A stretch of DNA of 64,000 bases from a virus. Made by a program: the position numbers and the translations under genes. Of the stretch, positions 28,614-38,632 are shown piece by piece; the stretch's first letter is position 1, and each line of letters begins with the position of its first letter. The stretch is taken from UHGV virus genome UHGV-0214148; one strand, 5' to 3'. A model generated the notes under the pieces. The model ran no database searches and was not told the origin of the DNA. It was given only the letters and a program-made list of their open reading frames with translations.

Positions 28614-29765
28614 TTAGAGGTCAGCAACAAACAACAGCTGACTGCCGTATTTTTGCACGTCAGCCCAACCGTAGTCTTTCCCGATTATAGGTAGATGTAA
28701 AATATCCAGCTTCTCGTCTTTCGCTTTTAGTTTCGCCATTAACGCATTGGACTCCTCAGCACTGAGGAGTAATGCTGGCTCTTTTTCAGTACGTCCTTCT
28801 GCGGTTGGGAAGAAATTGTAATAGCTGCGAGTAGGTAAATCGACAGAAAAACTACGATTGCCTATTCTGGCGATGAACGCAACTCCTTCACAGTTAGCAT
28901 CTACACTGCACGACCATCCCGCCTCCGTTAAAAGACCTTTTAACAGACACCACACTTTAAGTTGGTTCTTAGAAACTGTACGGTAAATAGCAAGATGTTC
29001 AGGAAGTAAATGTACGCCCATAACCACGTTTTCAGATTTCTCGTCAAGCAACTCTGGATGCTGTATCGGGAACAATAATTCAGTGATACCCACGTTATCA
29101 ATTTTGTTAACAAAATCAGTTAATTCATCTTTTAAGGTAGACACTTGATTTTCTCCTTTGTCTTCAATAATCAGGTGGGGTTCGCCGCTAATTAAAATGT
29201 GGTAAACGAGATCGTCAGTAGAACGGTAAGTGAGCTTGATTGCTTTATCACTTAATATTTCGTAGCGGAAGAAACTTTCGTACCAACTTGAGCCGAAATC
29301 GTTTTGTGTAAGCTCCTGCTCAACTTTGATGGTTTTTGCTTCAAAGCCGATTAACTCGCTTAATAACGCGAGTTCTTGTTTAGTTAAAATAGCTACACCG
29401 TGAAAGGGCACTTGTTCAAGCTGAAAACATAACTTAGTGACTTCACCATTTGGGAAGACCTTAAACATAATCTTCCGGTTGCTACTCTTTTCCCTAACAA
29501 CGAGTTTACGGTAATTTAGTCCACAATTTGTGTAAGCCGCGAACTGGTAACCTTCAATTTCTTCATCGGAAGTACAGACATCGACAGGCGCGATAATCTC
29601 ATCGTATTCACTAAGTACACAGCAGCCCAATTTATAACCAAACAACGTATGTTGTAAAAAATAGTCGAGGGTTAAGCTTGGTAGTGGCCAAGCCCGATTA
29701 TAGCATCTGTCCATCAGTTCTTTTAGGTACTTGGCATGTCTTGGTTTAGAAATAATATTTCGCAT
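28614..29765 (-). CDS. hypothetical protein, member of tandem paralog family
   Basis: C-terminus YGWADVQKYGSQLLFVADL. Confidence 0.5.
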   Translation of the reverse strand: MRNIISKPRHAKYLKELMDRCYNRAWPLPSLTLDYFLQHTLFGYKLGCCVLSEYDEIIAPVDVCTSDEEIEGYQFAAYTNCGLNYRKLVVREKSSNRKIMFKVFPNGEVTKLCFQLEQVPFHGVAILTKQELALLSELIGFEAKTIKVEQELTQNDFGSSWYESFFRYEILSDKAIKLTYRSTDDLVYHILISGEPHLIIEDKGENQVSTLKDELTDFVNKIDNVGITELLFPIQHPELLDEKSENVVMGVHLLPEHLAIYRTVSKNQLKVWCLLKGLLTEAGWSCSVDANCEGVAFIARIGNRSFSVDLPTRSYYNFFPTAEGRTEKEPALLLSAEESNALMAKLKAKDEKLDILHLPIIGKDYGWADVQKYGSQLLFVADL

Positions 29766-29796
29766 TTTTACTCTCCTTTAGGGGTTTTTTCGTTAC

Positions 29797-30351
29797 TTAA
29801 GCAGGGCAAGCTAAGAACAACAACTGCTGACCGATTTTACGTACGGTATACCAACCGTGGGCTTTAGCGACCGCGATCAACGTTTCCCAGTCATCAACAT
29901 CACATTGCTCGTTCCGAAGTTTTGTAAAGAGTGCTTCGGCTTCGTCTTGGTTTAATAACTTACCTGGATTATCAGGGGTGGTGCCAGAAGGGGTTGGAAA
30001 GAAATCGTATTGACACGCTAAGAGAAAATCAACCAGATACTTGGTGTTCTCTTTATAAACCAGCGTGGAAGTCTTCCCTTCGTGGAAGAAGCTGCCTGTT
30101 TTCCAAACGCTATCTTTCAGTAAGCTCTGAAGGTAATCTGTAAAGCCCGTTCTAAATGGGATATGCGTTTTACGCGTGATGTTGCGACGCAGCGGGGTTT
30201 CCTCTACAGCTTGTACACTTACCCCTACTATCATCGCACCTGGCTGGATAATGGTATTGGTCAGTACGGTATAAGGACGGACAAAGAAATGTTCGCCTAC
30301 GCCTTTTTCAAGGGTTTGGATAATTTCATTTTTCAGTTCAGTTTGAAACAT
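29797..30351 (-). CDS. hypothetical protein, member of tandem paralog family
   Basis: C-terminus HGWYTVRKIGQQLLFLACPA. Confidence 0.5.
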   Translation of the reverse strand: MFQTELKNEIIQTLEKGVGEHFFVRPYTVLTNTIIQPGAMIVGVSVQAVEETPLRRNITRKTHIPFRTGFTDYLQSLLKDSVWKTGSFFHEGKTSTLVYKENTKYLVDFLLACQYDFFPTPSGTTPDNPGKLLNQDEAEALFTKLRNEQCDVDDWETLIAVAKAHGWYTVRKIGQQLLFLACPA

Positions 30352-30377
30352 GGTATATTCTCCTTTTAGGTTTTTAC

Positions 30378-31112
30378 TTACGCGGTTTTAATTAGCAGCA
30401 GATAGCCCTTCGTAATCTCAGCACAACTCCACCCTTTTACGGCAGCGACACCACGAAGGTAATTTTCTGTGTGATACTGTAAAAACGGATCGTCTGGATT
30501 AATCTCAACTAGGTGAGTGGCTTTAGAAATCGTTTCCGCCTCTGGGATTTGTTTTGTTAAGCCTGATGCAATCAGTTCAATAACGCGGTATCCCTCTAAC
30601 CAAGAAACATAGATACGTAAACCGTATAACTTACCGTTATCTTTTAAGGGATAAAGACTGATGCCCCGGCCGAGCAACGTTAATTCTACATCAGTGGGAA
30701 GGTTTTCTACATGCTTGATTAACCCTACCCCATGTCTAAACAGTGGGAAGTAAGAGTATAGCGTCAGCATACTGCTTCCTCCAATAAACGTAACATCGGA
30801 AACGGTAGGCGTGCTGGCAATGAGGCGAACATGTTCCGCTACGACTTCAAGTTCGGCGTCACTGATCAATTTATAGAATAAAATGACGCTGGTTTCGGTA
30901 TTAAGAACAAAGAAGAACCGGTTGGCGTGACTGCTTATCGTGTATTCGTCAACCATGCTGTCGATAACGTCACTGTCTGGATAATCTTCGGGTTTAATTG
31001 TTTCAGCAGAGACTAACTTAGCAGGTTGGGATTGCCCTATTAGTTCATTAACCACCGTAGAAGAAAGTTCTAAACTGGTGTTAGTAAAGATATCGTCTAA
31101 TAATTCACTCAT
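30378..31112 (-). CDS. hypothetical protein, possible distant member of the same paralog family
   Basis: C-terminus KGWSCAEITKGYLLLIKTA is similar to the GW...QLLF motif. Confidence 0.45.
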   Translation of the reverse strand: MSELLDDIFTNTSLELSSTVVNELIGQSQPAKLVSAETIKPEDYPDSDVIDSMVDEYTISSHANRFFFVLNTETSVILFYKLISDAELEVVAEHVRLIASTPTVSDVTFIGGSSMLTLYSYFPLFRHGVGLIKHVENLPTDVELTLLGRGISLYPLKDNGKLYGLRIYVSWLEGYRVIELIASGLTKQIPEAETISKATHLVEINPDDPFLQYHTENYLRGVAAVKGWSCAEITKGYLLLIKTA

Positions 31113-31487
31113 GATTTACTCGCTAATCTCAATAAAGGGGAGTCTATTATTATGGATTGTAAAAGAGGTATAAGGAAGTCACTACGTTCCTCTGGGAAGA
31201 GTATGTCGGTATACTACGTATACCTCCGCTATTTATATCCGTATACATAATGCCCCCTACCCCCTACCGGTATCCCGAGTAGCAGAATAAAGGGGCAGAC
31301 TGTAAAATTTTAGTACCTGTTATCGGAAGGTACTAAATGGAGTGTAGTCTTTAAGCCGTTTGAGCAGCTCATTGAGACTTTCTTTCTTTTTAGTAGACAT
31401 GATCTGTCTCCCCAAATGGTTTAATCAATCCGTTTCGAATGAAACGTGTCCGTAGGGGCTGAACTGGCACTTCAGCCCCTATTCACT

Positions 31488-31508
31488 TAAGTAATATATA
31501 TCTGAAAT
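31488..31508 (+). promoter_or_regulatory. third copy of 21-bp AT-rich motif TAAGTAATATATATCTGAAAT, upstream of 31534 start
   Basis: Exact 21-bp match to the motif inside the two leader repeats, 25 bp upstream of a plus-strand ATG; preceded by the hairpin GGGGCTGAA/TTCAGCCCC. Confidence 0.4.
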
Positions 31509-31533
31509 CAATTCCGATCTAAGGAACGTCCCG

Positions 31534-32499
31534 ATGGAGAAATCCAGTGTTGATTTTTTCTCAATTGGTATCGTCGCGGAAGACAAACCCCGTGGTACAG
31601 ATCGGGTAAAAGTGATACCAATTGAAACCAACTTTGCTAACCCTACCGTGGTGCAATCTGTTTCTTCAGCAACTGAAAAGACGCATGAAACGTCTGGCGC
31701 AACAGATAACCTAACCATTAAGACGGGTAACACGATAACAGCAAAGTGGTGGAAGTTTAACTCCAACCGAATTAATTCCCCTGACGTTAAACGAGAAGAC
31801 TACGTTATCTTGTTACGTTTGGGGAAAACCGATATTTATTTTTGGATTGATCTGAACTTCGCTAACGTTAAGCGATTAGAAGATGCGGTTTATGCGTGGT
31901 CGGCTGACCCTGAAAACCAAATGGCGGATGACTTGTCCAATGCGTATGTGTTGAACGTTTCGACGATTGACAAACATATCACGCTAAGAACAAGTATGGT
32001 GAACGGTGAGAAAGCGGCGTGGTTATTTCAGTTTGATAATGCAAATGGCACGTGGCAGTGTGTTGACCACAAAGGGAATAAGTATTACATTAACTCGGTG
32101 GAAGATGATCTCGGGTTTGAGAATGCGATGCTCTCAAAAGTGAACATCAACAAAGAAGATGCGTTCATTTATTCAAAGCGTTCTATTAACCTGGAAACGA
32201 AAACAATTAATGAAAAATGCGAAGTTCGCAATACGGAAGCAGCGAAATCCGTTACGTTTAAAACGCAAACCTGGTTAACGGAAGCAGGGAGTTCGACAAC
32301 ATTTAAAACGCCGAACTTTAAACAAGAAGGGAATGAAGCGATGTTCACCGGTAATCTGGAAATCGCTAAGAACTTCAAATACGGCGGTACGGGTGAAGGC
32401 GTGGGTGTCTTTACGGTTAAAGATGCCGTTATTTCTGGTATTACCTTTAGCGTTCACATTCACCAAGGTAAACATGGCCCGACATCACCTCCGCAATAA
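31534..32499 (+). CDS. hypothetical protein (possible virion protein)
   Basis: 321-aa ORF with SD AAGGAA; Thr/Asn-rich beta-like composition. Confidence 0.5.
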   Translation: MEKSSVDFFSIGIVAEDKPRGTDRVKVIPIETNFANPTVVQSVSSATEKTHETSGATDNLTIKTGNTITAKWWKFNSNRINSPDVKREDYVILLRLGKTDIYFWIDLNFANVKRLEDAVYAWSADPENQMADDLSNAYVLNVSTIDKHITLRTSMVNGEKAAWLFQFDNANGTWQCVDHKGNKYYINSVEDDLGFENAMLSKVNINKEDAFIYSKRSINLETKTINEKCEVRNTEAAKSVTFKTQTWLTEAGSSTTFKTPNFKQEGNEAMFTGNLEIAKNFKYGGTGEGVGVFTVKDAVISGITFSVHIHQGKHGPTSPPQ

Positions 32500-32704
32500 T
32501 TCCCCTTTTTCTTACGTTGTTTTTATATATTGTGACCTGACGTTGGTAAAACTTTTTATCAACACTTTTCTTAAACCCATCGTTTAGTTAAGCAGGCCAC
32601 TTTTTCGCGCACTCTACTCCTCCCTACGGGGAGGAGCTATCTTATGCTTCGGTTGTAACACACGTCGGTCTTAGACCACTAACCTTTTGAAATGGAGAGC
32701 TGTT

Positions 32705-32914
32705 ATGTCTATTAAAGAGTTCTCTTCTGCTGAGCATATTCCAGAAGAGTTTAAGAAAATCGGTAACGTCAGCGCTTTCGGCGATACCGTTGATCATGTA
32801 ACTGGTAAACTGGCTGCTGAAGCCGAAAAAATTGGCGGCGACGCATTCAAAGTTATCGGTATTTCCGGCAACAACAAACTGCACGGTAACGCGATTGTCT
32901 ACAAAAAAGACTAA
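32705..32914 (+). CDS. DUF1471 (BhsA/YdgH/McbA-like) domain protein lacking a signal peptide
   Basis: 69 aa; EEFKKIGNVSAFGDTVDHVTGKLAAEAEKIGGDAFKVIGISGNNKLHGNAIVYKK matches the enterobacterial DUF1471 pattern. Start at the ATG preceded by GGAGAG. Confidence 0.6.
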   Translation: MSIKEFSSAEHIPEEFKKIGNVSAFGDTVDHVTGKLAAEAEKIGGDAFKVIGISGNNKLHGNAIVYKKD

Positions 32915-32976
32915 GCGAAAAAAAAAACGTGCTACTCCTACCCTCTAAGAGGGTAGGAGGTTACTTTATTTTTTTC
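32909..32976. terminator. bidirectional rho-independent terminator
   Basis: A10 run, hairpin CTCCTACCCTC-TAA-GAGGGTAGGAG (32935-32959), then a T-run; lies between convergent genes. Confidence 0.75.
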
Positions 32977-34228
32977 GTGCTTTAAAGCGATGCATTTCTA
33001 AATACACTTTTTCCCAGGGACCGAATGGACCAACGATTGCTTGAGCATCGTTAATCTTCTTCTGATTATACCACCGGGCTTCACGAAAGACGTAGTTTTG
33101 ACTGTCGAATTCGGTAGTGTTAAATACCCACTCACCTTCCTCCCACGTAGGCCAATAACCTACCGTCTTACCAAATCGATTATTTAAGTACCCTAATGGT
33201 TTTTCAGAATCAGGATCGTTGGGGTCCTTGAGGTAACAGCGTCCCCAAACGGCGTTATGCGAAACACCCACGACTTCTTCTTCTAAATACGGATTATCTA
33301 CCGTAAAGATAAAAGAGGATTCGTGGAGTAAAAGTGCCTTTAATGTTTCGGGGTTGCGAATACGTTGGACATTAGTAGGTGTTGATAAATCCCCCACACC
33401 GATGGCGTCCCAGTCGTAATAGCGACGGGTTTCCAGAACGGTCCGTGCAAGATCAAAATTCGGTAAAGAAATCATGATCGCACGGTCGGAGAAATAACCC
33501 CCCGGAGGCAACCAACGTAACAGTCCACCGATGACGAAACCCACCGTTTTTCCCGTGATAGATTCGGGCAGCGAAATCATTAACGTGGAGTAATAGTCAC
33601 GTGTAGTGTCGAGCTTGTTTAGGGTAAGGTTGGCAATGGGGTAAGTTTTAACATTCCCTAACTGACCAAAAACCATACAGCCGATATCTGGCGTACAGGC
33701 TCTCCGTACGATTTTACCGGCCCCGGGTAATCGGACACCTACGGTATCTGTCTGGTGCGGTACCCATTGACCGTTAATGTTGTACAGTACACTATTACGG
33801 TATTTGTCCTTCCACTTGTCCTCACAAACGATGACAACGTCATCAGCATCATCTAAGCTGAAATCTTGACTGTGGTGGTACCCAGGCGGACACAGGTACG
33901 TTTCAACGGGTACGTCGGCATTAATCGATTGGTAATGTGCCCAACCGAATTCGAGTTTCGGCAATCCGGCTTTTAGAGTGGGGATGACGTTTCCGGCTTT
34001 TTCATTTAACCAATCTTGTAAAGTGTCTGTTCGGTTTTGTAGTTCGGCAAGATGATATTGGCTGACTAACGTATAGTCTTTACCAAGTGCACTTAAACCG
34101 ATCTCAAAGGTGTGGTAGTCTGAACACAACGTAGTTAAGGGTTGCGTGACATCGATGGCTCCCCAGGTACGGGACTCTCGAGAGAAGCCAAAAGCGCTGT
34201 CGGGCCGCACTTGATAAGCAGTAGTCAC
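32966..34228 (-). CDS. hypothetical protein (possible virion/tail-associated)
   Basis: 420-aa ORF, divergent from the fiber operon. Confidence 0.5.
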   Translation of the reverse strand: MTTAYQVRPDSAFGFSRESRTWGAIDVTQPLTTLCSDYHTFEIGLSALGKDYTLVSQYHLAELQNRTDTLQDWLNEKAGNVIPTLKAGLPKLEFGWAHYQSINADVPVETYLCPPGYHHSQDFSLDDADDVVIVCEDKWKDKYRNSVLYNINGQWVPHQTDTVGVRLPGAGKIVRRACTPDIGCMVFGQLGNVKTYPIANLTLNKLDTTRDYYSTLMISLPESITGKTVGFVIGGLLRWLPPGGYFSDRAIMISLPNFDLARTVLETRRYYDWDAIGVGDLSTPTNVQRIRNPETLKALLLHESSFIFTVDNPYLEEEVVGVSHNAVWGRCYLKDPNDPDSEKPLGYLNNRFGKTVGYWPTWEEGEWVFNTTEFDSQNYVFREARWYNQKKINDAQAIVGPFGPWEKVYLEMHRFKARKK

Positions 34229-34296
34229 AGCTCTTTTCCTCTATAGATTCAAGTCATAGTATGAACTTCGACGCCCACGGATTATAGGAGTAGAGA

Positions 34297-37200
34297 ATGG
34301 CTGTCGTCTTAGACCCACACTTCAAAAAACCGGGGAATAAAATAACCGGTGAAGCGGTCGCCGTCATTGGTACGAAATACCGAATGTTGGTACCTGCCCA
34401 CGCCCCTTTTTTCACCACATCCCTGGTGGTCAAGAGCGGCGGCAAAACACTGACCTTAGGCGACGATTACATTATTACACACCCGTACGAGACCGGTATG
34501 TTGCGCACAGCCTATCTCATTCACGGGATGATTTGGATTGTTAATGACAAATACAAATCGAATTTTACGGTAGATTACCACGCCGTTGGTTGTGGTCAGG
34601 CTACCCAACAACAGATTACCGCAGAACGCGAACTCAATAAAGATAAATACCCGACTACGTGTCAGTGGGACACCGTCATCGGGGACGTTTACTTTCCGCC
34701 GGTCGATATCCAGTTCGATTGGGAGAATTGGAAAGGTGAACTGGAATTAATGCAGGCTATTGCTGGATTAGGCGATTCGTTAGGGGAAGTCGTGAGTCGA
34801 CTTAACCCCATCGCACGCAATACCCTGGATTTAGAATACCGTGCTAACAGCAAGGTTATCACTTCCGAGCAGTATGCCGCATACGACAATAAAGGTGGGT
34901 TCACCTACAACACTACCCGTCATCGTTATAGCTTGAGTTATAAAACTGCAACCTTTAACAACTACGCCCTGTCAGTGAAACATAGAATTCCTGCTATTCT
35001 GCCAGACATGACGAAATTGAATCCAAACGAACAGATCGATTGGATGCTCTGTTATGCTAACGGCGGGGCAAGTATTCTACGGCTGCAGCTAAAACAGCGC
35101 AAAATCTCACTGGTCTTAACGGTCGCTATTGGTAGCGGTTCAACAAACTACGATTATACGTTAATCAACGGTTTAACTGACGATGAGTTAAAAAACGATA
35201 TCGATTTTAGTGTAACCCGTCAACCCGGAAACGGTGTTTACGTCATCGTAGTAAAAACAAATAAACAGACCATGGATTATACATTCAATGTCGATACGCC
35301 ACCTGATGAGTTCTCGGCAGGGTATTCGAAAACGGATGTTGCTAAATGGTTGAAGTCTAAAACGAACATTAACCTGAACTGGTATGCTGGACAAAAAGAT
35401 TATGTTCAAATTCGTTCTTTACCCGGTGCACCAGAACCTGACGTCGATAACGATGTTTACCAGTTAATAGTTAAATACCATCAATTAGTTGAGCAGCTGT
35501 ATCGTAACGCGCCTGCACACGAACACGTTACACGTAAGGACAACCCGCACACCGATACGTGGGGCCCGATCCGTGCGTTACAGCTGAATGGTATTGCGTC
35601 GGATGCCGCGTTAGCTTACGGGAAAACGAAACAACAGTTAACGGATTATGTTAATGCTAAGTACCCAACACAAGCAACGTTAACCGCACAGAAAAAACTG
35701 CTTCGTGAATCGGCGAACAAGAACGTTAACGGCACGATTACCACACTTCCGGGTTTTACTTCGTTCACGACGGAAGTTGATCCGGTTTCGATGTCGAAAT
35801 ACGTGAGTCCTCGTTTTAGCGAAAGCTACGTTAGTAATGGTCACAGGTATCACGGTGCGCTTCGTTACACAGGAACGAAGAGTGGATTCGCCACTTCTTT
35901 TAATGCGGTACCTGCCAACCTGCAAGATATTGACTTTATTGTTACCGGACGTAAAACAGCGTCTGGTAATGAAGCTGTCGGTACGGTTAGCCTACGTTTC
36001 TATCAGAAACCTGGTACTAACTCTGGAAAATTTATCCAGCTTACAGGTGAAATTTCTGCGGGTAAAGTCGGCGTTAAGTTGGAACTGAACGGTTTTTCGA
36101 ATACCACACCGGAAGTTCAGTATCTTTCCCAAGCCCCTAATCCAGCAATACCGGATGGGGATTTTACTCTGCGTTTTCAACTGAAACGCACAGGGAACGT
36201 GTTTGATGTCGTTATTACCATAAACGGCAAGACATACAGTGCACGTGTTAACTTCACTAACATGGACGCTGCACTAGAAGCATTGGAGAATAGCCACCAC
36301 TTTAAATCATTGATCAGTAATGTTGCTGACAACGTCACTATTAGCTCGGGGAATAAAGGTAACACGGTTACCATTAAGAAAGCGCCCGACGTCGTTGACG
36401 GGACCCGTTTAGGTGCCCAGTTTGTCGTTGACCCGAAATCCATTAAGTTTATTGGACAAGGTTCAACCGAGGTTAATGCGGGGAATAACCCTGTAACGTT
36501 TCAAGCAGGTACTAACCAACTTATATTGTATCCTGATGATCGTGGGTTACAGTGGCGTGGTAAGAAACTCTTAGACCCCACTACCGTGGCTCCGTATCTG
36601 CCAGGCAATACCGCGGGCGGTACGGGATTATTCTACGGTACATCTACAACCACGGTAGAGCTTACCGGTAGCGGGATAAAAGCATCGCCGTTCGTAGCGA
36701 CTTTTATTCTCCCTACCGCGACCGATACAACAGCCCTGGCAGCTTGGCAGTTGACCGATGAGTTTGGTACCGCTGAAAACCTTGCAGCAACGCCAGCACT
36801 GATTGAAAAACTCGATGCGGAGTTCACCGGTAAATTAGTTGCGGTTAAATCGTACATTAACGACATGCAACTTACCAGCTCGGTCACTATCGACAAAATT
36901 ACCTTTGGTTTAGGTAACGTTGCGAATACACCCGATGTCAATTTACCGATTTCTACAGCACAACGTGCGGAGTTAGATAAATACTCGCCTAAAGTTCACC
37001 AACACCCGTTTACCGCTTTTGGTACTGGGAACGCAACCACAGCGAAACGTGGTCTGATTAAATTTGGTCTGGATGTGGATGATGCGACTTTAGCACTCGA
37101 TGGGAGTGTGGTAATGGCGCAGACTACCCAGATTGAAAAATTGGAAAGTGCTGTCGGGGGTGTTGACTCGGAGGCACGTCTCGACATTATACGTTTTGGT

Positions 37201-38619
37201 AAGTCTGGTAACGACTTAATTGATGTTACGGTCAAAGACAAAATACTGGTTACACTTCCAGCATCAACGTATTTTATCGGTGGCGAAACATACACCGTGC
37301 CGTTGACGACGATTAACGTCAGTGAACGTTTTCCGAAGTTGAATACAGAAATCTACGCGGGGATTTTTGTTGATATTGTTGACAACAAAGCGAAGTACAT
37401 TATTCACGACAGCTACAGTCAAGCTGAAACGGATACCATGACGCGTGTGGGATTAATCGGCGTCAATGACCTTTCTGAAGTGTTCGTTACAGAGATGCGT
37501 AACGTCACACGGCTGGACGATTTCCGTGAACTGAAAGATCACGCTGCTGACGATAACGCGCATATTCACCGCTCCACGACACGTGCAGTGCTTGGGTTAG
37601 CTAACTTAACGGTAGGTGCGCCCTGCTGGGCTTCGGGACTCCAGGCAGTAGTACGTGGTGAAGCAGATTGGCGTTATGTCGTCGGTGGACAGTATAGAGC
37701 CTTAGACGGGGTGAAATACGACCAGCTCGCATCAAAGTGGGTTTTCGATGCGAAAGGGGTAAGTGATAACCTTCATGGTTTTATTCACAACTTATTCCCG
37801 ACTTTCAAAAACGCAGGAATGCGGGTAAGTTGGGAAACAGAAAGCAACGCAAAAACCGGAACAGTGTTAGAAACTGTTTTAGGTTGTTGGAAGAACACCG
37901 ACGGCGAGTTTATGCGGTTGTCATTACTCATCACTCGCGGTTATCGTTTAACTGACAGTAACGGTGAATATTGTTACGCAGGGTTCGGTTTGAACTTCGG
38001 TAGCGGGAAATCGGTAGTGGTAGGTTTCACACCAACGAAGCGTGTTACAGCTGCACCGTGGAGTTCATTACAACCTGACGTAACGTTTACCCACACCCGT
38101 GGTGCAAACAACGCAATAACGTTTAATGCATCGCTGACTTTAGCTGGCACTGTGTATACTATCGTGGTGTTTTTATCCGCGACAGATAAATACGTAAGCT
38201 GTACGGCAGCAGGGGGAACTACGCAGAAAATCCCATTAGCCGACCGTTTAACCGGGTTCAATATCGAACCTATCGTTAACGATCCGTATACCCCTATTTA
38301 CTACGGTTTAGGGGGACTTTATGAGGATGAGGTTCGTGCCAACATCCGCTCTACAGCAGACAGCGCAACTGCGAACAAAGTCTACGGTACGTTGTTGGAC
38401 TATGTTAGCAACTATTCCTCATTAAATCGAGTACGCGTCATGGAATTGGCCGGTGTCAGCTCAGACCCCGAAACGCTTAATGCGTTAGTGGCAACTGAAT
38501 TTAATAACAGCCTGGCGGATTACGCTGCGTTACCGATACCTCCTTATCTTAACAAGGAGCGCGTAATGTCGTTTATCGACACCAACAATAAAGTGCAGGC
38601 GGTAATCATTCGCGATTAA
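34297..38619 (+). CDS. large fiber-like virion protein 1 (putative tail fiber)
   Basis: 1440 aa, Thr/Gly/Asn/Val-rich. Shares with the next three genes an N-terminal pattern PF[FY]...V....G.DY..[LI]. SD TAGGAG precedes the ATG. Confidence 0.55.
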   Translation: MAVVLDPHFKKPGNKITGEAVAVIGTKYRMLVPAHAPFFTTSLVVKSGGKTLTLGDDYIITHPYETGMLRTAYLIHGMIWIVNDKYKSNFTVDYHAVGCGQATQQQITAERELNKDKYPTTCQWDTVIGDVYFPPVDIQFDWENWKGELELMQAIAGLGDSLGEVVSRLNPIARNTLDLEYRANSKVITSEQYAAYDNKGGFTYNTTRHRYSLSYKTATFNNYALSVKHRIPAILPDMTKLNPNEQIDWMLCYANGGASILRLQLKQRKISLVLTVAIGSGSTNYDYTLINGLTDDELKNDIDFSVTRQPGNGVYVIVVKTNKQTMDYTFNVDTPPDEFSAGYSKTDVAKWLKSKTNINLNWYAGQKDYVQIRSLPGAPEPDVDNDVYQLIVKYHQLVEQLYRNAPAHEHVTRKDNPHTDTWGPIRALQLNGIASDAALAYGKTKQQLTDYVNAKYPTQATLTAQKKLLRESANKNVNGTITTLPGFTSFTTEVDPVSMSKYVSPRFSESYVSNGHRYHGALRYTGTKSGFATSFNAVPANLQDIDFIVTGRKTASGNEAVGTVSLRFYQKPGTNSGKFIQLTGEISAGKVGVKLELNGFSNTTPEVQYLSQAPNPAIPDGDFTLRFQLKRTGNVFDVVITINGKTYSARVNFTNMDAALEALENSHHFKSLISNVADNVTISSGNKGNTVTIKKAPDVVDGTRLGAQFVVDPKSIKFIGQGSTEVNAGNNPVTFQAGTNQLILYPDDRGLQWRGKKLLDPTTVAPYLPGNTAGGTGLFYGTSTTTVELTGSGIKASPFVATFILPTATDTTALAAWQLTDEFGTAENLAATPALIEKLDAEFTGKLVAVKSYINDMQLTSSVTIDKITFGLGNVANTPDVNLPISTAQRAELDKYSPKVHQHPFTAFGTGNATTAKRGLIKFGLDVDDATLALDGSVVMAQTTQIEKLESAVGGVDSEARLDIIRFGKSGNDLIDVTVKDKILVTLPASTYFIGGETYTVPLTTINVSERFPKLNTEIYAGIFVDIVDNKAKYIIHDSYSQAETDTMTRVGLIGVNDLSEVFVTEMRNVTRLDDFRELKDHAADDNAHIHRSTTRAVLGLANLTVGAPCWASGLQAVVRGEADWRYVVGGQYRALDGVKYDQLASKWVFDAKGVSDNLHGFIHNLFPTFKNAGMRVSWETESNAKTGTVLETVLGCWKNTDGEFMRLSLLITRGYRLTDSNGEYCYAGFGLNFGSGKSVVVGFTPTKRVTAAPWSSLQPDVTFTHTRGANNAITFNASLTLAGTVYTIVVFLSATDKYVSCTAAGGTTQKIPLADRLTGFNIEPIVNDPYTPIYYGLGGLYEDEVRANIRSTADSATANKVYGTLLDYVSNYSSLNRVRVMELAGVSSDPETLNALVATEFNNSLADYAALPIPPYLNKERVMSFIDTNNKVQAVIIRD

Positions 38620-38632
38620 GGAGAATTTTTTG

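Noticed and set aside
31236-31252. T4-type late promoter TATAAATA (found once on the minus strand near 31240-31250)
   Set aside because: A single occurrence about 130 bp upstream of the nearest start; I did not see this octamer consistently before other genes, so a T4-like late-promoter system cannot be inferred.
34689-38261. Multiple 60-100-aa ORFs on the minus strand inside the large fiber genes (for example 35188-35409, 36633-36941, 36996-37295, 37974-38261)
   Set aside because: They lie wholly within long, well-supported plus-strand ORFs and have skewed, repetitive composition; treated as antisense artefacts.
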